From Octopus bimaculoides (lineage: Eukaryota), in assembly GCF_001194135.2 (NCBI RefSeq), contig NC_068989.1, positions 37,587,054 through 37,651,053 on the forward strand: DNA of 64,000 nt, written 5' to 3'. Shown one piece after another: positions 62,591 through 64,000 of the stretch. A model generated the notes under the pieces. It had not been told where the DNA came from and made no database searches. It saw nothing but the letters and a program-made list of their open reading frames with translations. The position numbers were made by a program, and so were the translations under genes. Position 1 is the first letter of the stretch, and each line of letters starts with the position of its first letter.

Positions 62591-62845
62591 GTGCGTGTAT
62601 ATATATATATATATNNNNNNNNNNNNNNNNNNNNNNNNNNNNNNNNNNNNNNNNNNNNNNNNNNNNNNNNNNNNNNNNNNNNNNNNNNNNNNNNNNNNNN
62701 NNNNNNNNNNNNNNNNNNNNNNNNNNNNNNNNNNNNNNNNNNNNNNNNNNNNTAATAAAATACAGGGTAGCAAAAAAATTTTTTAGAAATTTTATTTACC
62801 ACCAGTGGTCTAGCGAGGGTAAAAAACAGTCAATAGACTATGTAT

Positions 62846-62937
62846 TATTCATTTAAAATACAGAGATGCCTGTAATAGGACATCTAACCCGCGGGTTAGA
62901 TGTCCTATTACAGACATCTCTGTATTTTAAATGAATA
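62846..62937. repeat. 92-bp loopless palindrome (46-bp arms, one mismatch)
   Basis: The centre is AACCCG followed by CGGGTT (62891/62892). The only mismatch is C62869 against A62914. Confidence 0.95.
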
Positions 62938-63022
62938 TATATATACATATATATATATACGAGTGGACAAAACGAAAGAAGTGCATTCAATAAATTTATT
63001 TGAATCAAACTGTTTTGGTCCA

Positions 63023-63056
<34 letters not shown>

Positions 63057-63774
63057 GACACGCACACACACATATATATATATACACACACATTTCAAAA
63101 TGGATGAAGACATTAAATTTTGCTTAACTGCTTATTTAGGCAGTTTATATGCGACTTGTGCCACTAGTTACCATGTAAGGCTGTTCAACCTTTTCATTAC
63201 CGTTAACCCTACCAAATTGTTCTTGGTGTGGAAGGAAGAACATTTTGGGAATCCTTTCATTTACAAGGGTCCGGTGATTCATTTGTGTGAGGGACGCACT
63301 CACATGAAACTTGTAATATTTTTTTGTTTTTGACCATTTTATCCCATTTTCTTCGTTGCTAGTCTAAATACTATACGTGGTACAACCTTTTGTTCTGTAA
63401 AATTTTATGTGAAAGTAATTCTTGTGATTATCTTCTCCCCAAATCTCATATCAAGTCACGGGATTTTTGTTACCACAAGCCACGATGCCGTGGTCACGTG
63501 ATCTCTCATGACTCAAGTAATAAAATATCGTCTCTTACGTAGATTCATGCCCGTAAATGTACGAAAGTTGTAGTGTAAGCAAAGACAATTTTGAGCCACG
63601 TACATGCATTTTTCATTAAGATGTCGCCGTTGTCTAGAAGATGATGATAGAACTCCATGACTCGTAATCAGTACATGTGTGAGATTAGTGGAAGCAATGG
63701 CCATTGTCGACTATGATCAGCAACTATCATATACATAGATGACTGTATGTATACTTAAACATATGTACGTATCT

Positions 63775-63945
63775 GACGTTCTGAGTTCACATTCTGCTGA
63801 GGTCGACTTTGGCTTTCATCCTTTCGGAGTCGATTAAATAAGTACCAGTTACGCACTGGGGTCGATGTAATCGACTCAATCCCTTTGTGTAACCTTGTTT
63901 GTCCCCTCTGTGTTTAGCCTCCTGTGGGAAATAAAGAAATATGTG
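63775..63945 (+). mobile_element. 5'-truncated family-A-related SINE with an alternative 3' tail
   Basis: The family-A core (GAGGTCGACTTTGGCTTTCATCC..GTCGATGTAATCGACT) is followed by CCCTTTGTGT..GTTTAGCCTCCTGTGGGAAATAAAGAAATA instead of the usual tail. Confidence 0.75.
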
Positions 63946-64000
63946 TACGTATATGTACGTGTACACACAAACATATAATATATATATATATATATATATA

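Overview
This is AT-rich eukaryotic (metazoan) DNA that is almost entirely repeats, with nine N-gaps, most of them abutting microsatellites. The SINE families and repeat mix resemble what I recall of Octopus genomes; this is an inference, not a database match. I found no intact host gene, RNA gene or CRISPR array, and most ORF-track entries are microsatellite or antisense artefacts. The window holds decayed DNA transposons: two piggyBacs, two Tc1/mariner pieces, a Helitron helicase, probable Merlin and hAT fragments, and a long-TIR foldback element carrying (TTAGGG)n. Retroelements comprise at least six R4/Dong-type LINE pieces, L1-Tx1, RTE, two Penelope-like elements and at least four tRNA-derived SINE families. 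The most interesting structures are a ~730-bp palindrome whose two arms each carry a hammerhead-ribozyme-like motif (53.3-54.0 kb, with a related solo motif at 61.3-61.4 kb), the telomere-repeat foldback element with an 8-9 bp target-site duplication (TSD), an R4/Dong copy that keeps both ends but lacks its RT, a headless ~550-bp TAA-targeted element, and two further strong hairpins or palindromes. Boundaries given with ~ or as round numbers were read by eye.
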